Origin: a virus
Length of the DNA: 64,000 nt
Virus record (IMG/VR): IMGVR_UViG_3300010354_000062
Location: 14,328 to 78,327 of that record
Strand: one strand, 5' to 3'
Of this stretch, positions 61,099 through 64,000 are shown piece after piece. Both the position numbers and the translations under genes were made by a program. The first letter of the stretch is position 1. Each line of letters starts with the position of its first letter. Under the pieces are notes generated by a model, which had not been told where the DNA came from, made no database searches, and saw only the letters and a list, made by a program, of their open reading frames with translations.

Positions 61099-61817
61099 AA
61101 GTTGTTGTATTCCATGCAGATGGTCCTAAGGCGGATACCTTTGTAAAAGGACTGTACAAAGATCTTTTTATAAGTCTAAAGACGAATATAAATTCGTTTG
61201 GATATAAATTAGTACACCTTACGTTAAAAGGTTTTGAAGGGTGGGGTGACGAAAATTACTTCTTTGACGGAAATCCTCAAGAAGTTATTTACAATAGAGA
61301 AAGAACAATTATTGAATATCTCAAACTACAACCAGATGACGACACAGTATACTGGTTCACAGAACCAGATTCTAGATTAGTGTCTGAGTTGGAACCACTC
61401 AAAGGAGAATTAGCTTTATTGTTTAGACATGATGCTATTCCAGTTACACCAGCATGGAAATTATGTACAAAAAAGTCTTTGCCTTTTTTAGAAGAAGCAT
61501 TTTCACACTTTGATCTTACACAGAAAGATTGGAACGGCGATGCCTACGGTTATCTTGACATGTATAATAAAATTGGAAGACCTACCGCAGATTTTTTACA
61601 CAACGGAATAAATGTTGAACTTAGGAATTATAAAGAATACTGTACTACAAAAGGAATGTATTCTAGACAATTTAAGGCCGATAAGAAATATAGATTAGTA
61701 TCTAATGATTTTTTTATGAACAATAAAGAAATTATTTTAAAAACACTGAATAAAACGATAGAGGAATTTAGGAGGAAATATGGCGTTCAATTCGTTGATG
61801 ACACTAGCGGTGATTGA
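61095..61817 (+). CDS. Hypothetical protein, possibly a GT-A glycosyltransferase
   Basis: W.TEPD (DxD-like) and W.GD motifs, inside the glycan locus. Start at 61095 (ATGA overlap). Confidence 0.4.
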   Translation: MKVVVFHADGPKADTFVKGLYKDLFISLKTNINSFGYKLVHLTLKGFEGWGDENYFFDGNPQEVIYNRERTIIEYLKLQPDDDTVYWFTEPDSRLVSELEPLKGELALLFRHDAIPVTPAWKLCTKKSLPFLEEAFSHFDLTQKDWNGDAYGYLDMYNKIGRPTADFLHNGINVELRNYKEYCTTKGMYSRQFKADKKYRLVSNDFFMNNKEIILKTLNKTIEEFRRKYGVQFVDDTSGD

Positions 61818-62517
61818 AGTAAGAAAAGAAGTAGTAACAGGAAAGAAAAATCCTAGTGTAATAGAACTAGGCAATCAACGACTAAGGATTGATAAGAAGT
61901 TAAAAGATCGAGTCTATCCTATGCTTGGACTGCCTAACTCTAATCCTACAAGCACAAAAGAATTTTATGAAAGTATTGGCTTCTCAAAATATCTAGCAAT
62001 AGATGTTAATACGGAAAAAGATGCTATTGCATTAGATCTAAATTTAGATCTTAGAAAAGAATATAATTATACTGAACAATATGATCTTGTAACCAATAAT
62101 GGTACTGGCGAACATATATTCAATCAATTAACTGTTTTTAAAAATGTTCATGACCTTTGTAAAGTTGGGGGGATCATGATTCATAACTTGCCTTTTACAG
62201 GTTACTTAGATCATGGTTTTTATAATTTCCAACCTAACCTGTTCGTCGAACTAGCTAGATCAAATAAGTATACGATGAAACACCTATGGATTGGATCGTC
62301 CGACGGAAAACGAGTTGAAAAAATTGATGTTTTGAATGGCTATTATAAAAACAATGACTTCCTAAAAAGATTTGATATGAATAATTGGAATCAAAATTTA
62401 TTAGTTACAGCAATCATGCAAAAACAAAATAGTCAAGAATTTAAGATGCCATTTCAAAATATGTACGATGATGCAATCACAGAAGAATCAATAAAATCTA
62501 GATATGAAAAAAGTTAA
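61780..62517 (+). CDS. Class I SAM methyltransferase-like protein
   Basis: VIELGNQ, Y.AID.N, LDLN, YDLVTN.GT.EH.FNQ...F.N.H.L..VGG.MIH..P, HGFYN. Confidence 0.7.
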   Translation: MAFNSLMTLAVIEVRKEVVTGKKNPSVIELGNQRLRIDKKLKDRVYPMLGLPNSNPTSTKEFYESIGFSKYLAIDVNTEKDAIALDLNLDLRKEYNYTEQYDLVTNNGTGEHIFNQLTVFKNVHDLCKVGGIMIHNLPFTGYLDHGFYNFQPNLFVELARSNKYTMKHLWIGSSDGKRVEKIDVLNGYYKNNDFLKRFDMNNWNQNLLVTAIMQKQNSQEFKMPFQNMYDDAITEESIKSRYEKS

Positions 62518-63154
62518 AAATTGGTGGATACCAGATACAGAGAATGATCAAGAAGTGATCAACAGAATCCAAAACGAAATTTGGACATGTAGAGAGCCAC
62601 TTGATAAGTGTTTTACGTACACAAAAAATTTTAACACGGCTATTGATGTTGGTGCGTGGATTGGCGATAGCACAGAACTAATTTCTCAAAGATTTAAAAA
62701 AGTAATAGCATTTGAACCAAATCCTATGGTTTATGAGTGTTGTGAAAAAAATCTAAAAAATAAAAATATTTCCAATGTAACTTTGCACAAACTGGCCATT
62801 AGCAACAAACAAGGCACAGTACCTTTTAGATTTCCTAAATCTACATTGTCGGCGTGGATCGATACTCTTGACGAGCAACATGCAGATATTTTTGTTGATT
62901 CCGTAACACTAGATAGTTTTAATTTTTCAAATATTGATTTTATTAAAATTGATGTAGATAGTCATGAAGGTTTTTTACTACAAGGGGCTACAAAGTTTTT
63001 TGAAACTAATAATCCTTTAGTAATGATTGAACACAAACCAAAAGTTTTAAAGAGACAACGTGCAGACATGCCAAATGCGCTAGATATAATGCAGTCTTAC
63101 GGTTACAAATTAGTAGAACAAGCGTCTGCTATTGATTATATCTTTTCTAGATAA
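62504..63154 (+). CDS. FkbM-family methyltransferase
   Basis: IDVGAWIG, AFEPNP, TLDSF, IDFIKIDVD.HE...L.GA. Confidence 0.85.
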   Translation: MKKVKNWWIPDTENDQEVINRIQNEIWTCREPLDKCFTYTKNFNTAIDVGAWIGDSTELISQRFKKVIAFEPNPMVYECCEKNLKNKNISNVTLHKLAISNKQGTVPFRFPKSTLSAWIDTLDEQHADIFVDSVTLDSFNFSNIDFIKIDVDSHEGFLLQGATKFFETNNPLVMIEHKPKVLKRQRADMPNALDIMQSYGYKLVEQASAIDYIFSR

Positions 63155-63928
63155 CTATAAAGAAAATAAATTCGTACCGTCACCAAATTCGCCAATAACA
63201 TTTATGTGTCTTCTGTAAACTTTGGCGTTTGGAGAATGGCTAACTCCGTGAATGCCGTGTCTGCAATTTAAGAAAAGCAAAACTGAATTAGGTTTATAAG
63301 CACAGGTTTTCACCAGTCTAATTTCATCAGTGACCATACGTTTTTTACCTAACTTTGGCGTTAGGGTAGGAGAACTAAAAATTTCTAAATCACGTCCTGT
63401 ACTTCGATCGTCTTTGCGTCTCATGTAAAAAAGTGCTGCATAAATTTCCTGAGGGTTATCTAAATGAGCAGTACGACTAGTCTGATCACTACTAAGGGGA
63501 TTGTTCATAACAAATTGGCAATCTGTAACAAAAGGTGTATTAGATTGTTTTTGATTTACTTCTGTACGCGGTACTGCCGTTGAATTTAAAATTTTACTTG
63601 CATGATCTGGATAATAGTGTGTGATGGCATCTGATAACACACTTAAGGCATATTGATAAAACTCGTTGCTGGTATGATAGGCAAAAAATTCTTTCCATAG
63701 ATTAGAAATATAATTTTCGTTCATCGCACGATAACTTAGATATCTTTTAGTATGCCCTTTTTCGTCAGTTAAACTTTCATGGCCACTACTTAAAAATCTC
63801 TCAGGCCACTCATTTTCAAGTTGTTGATATAAATTGTCTGGGAGTGCGTTTTCAATTATGACGTGAGGATAAGGATCCATGATTACGTTTGCTTTGGTTA
63901 TTTTTTGTAAAATGTTTAAATTAGACAT
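63155..63928 (-). CDS. Putative 2OG-Fe(II) oxygenase
   Basis: PYPH.IIENALP, HLD...YAALFY, Y.PN..L.FLN...IHGVS, RR.IN. Confidence 0.7.
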   Translation of the reverse strand: MSNLNILQKITKANVIMDPYPHVIIENALPDNLYQQLENEWPERFLSSGHESLTDEKGHTKRYLSYRAMNENYISNLWKEFFAYHTSNEFYQYALSVLSDAITHYYPDHASKILNSTAVPRTEVNQKQSNTPFVTDCQFVMNNPLSSDQTSRTAHLDNPQEIYAALFYMRRKDDRSTGRDLEIFSSPTLTPKLGKKRMVTDEIRLVKTCAYKPNSVLLFLNCRHGIHGVSHSPNAKVYRRHINVIGEFGDGTNLFSL

Positions 63929-64000
63929 TTTTTATTTCCTTAGTTTTTTGCTATAAGTACGTAGTATATCTATTTACATTAATGACTAGCCTAGCAAGAA

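Noticed and set aside
45818-63928. Glycosyltransferases and oxygenases as a DNA hypermodification pathway
   Set aside because: No TET/JBP, hydroxymethylase or T4 glucosyltransferase motif was recognised, and late promoters plus capsule-type folds fit surface glycans better. It is not fully excluded without nucleoside analysis.

Overview
A 64 kb segment of a large T4-like (myovirus) dsDNA phage genome, read in the standard genetic code. From left to right: (1) 1-11077, virion fibre/adhesin genes. These are a giant 5'-truncated beta-helix/beta-propeller protein, an S74-chaperone fibre and three glycine-rich paralogs. (2) 11085-22554, an AT-rich tailoring-enzyme island with about 10 2OG-Fe(II) oxygenases, two flavin-dependent halogenases and an SGNH-like protein. 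(3) A phage GroEL. (4) 24842-42132, morphogenesis genes: gp15, gp14, gp13, dNMP kinase, HNH, an enlarged sheath gp18, tube gp19, a baseplate tube initiator, gp4, terminase subunits and probable internal head proteins. (5) A small exported protein behind an ECF-type promoter, then gp32, uvsX, uvsY and uvsW. (6) 45818-63928, a large glycan locus with seven KpsS/Capsule_synth-like paralogs, GT-A transferases, a cytidylyltransferase-cupin and about six methyltransferases. The most striking observation is that the giant virion protein carries four repeats that align by eye, helix by helix, with the globin core of phycobiliproteins. All four keep the bilin-attachment motif C-x-R-D, which suggests a possibly chromophorylated virion in a phage whose host signals point to Betaproteobacteria. 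Many late genes also appear leaderless (TAAATA-N5-ATG). All family calls come from motifs recognised by eye; no database searches were run.
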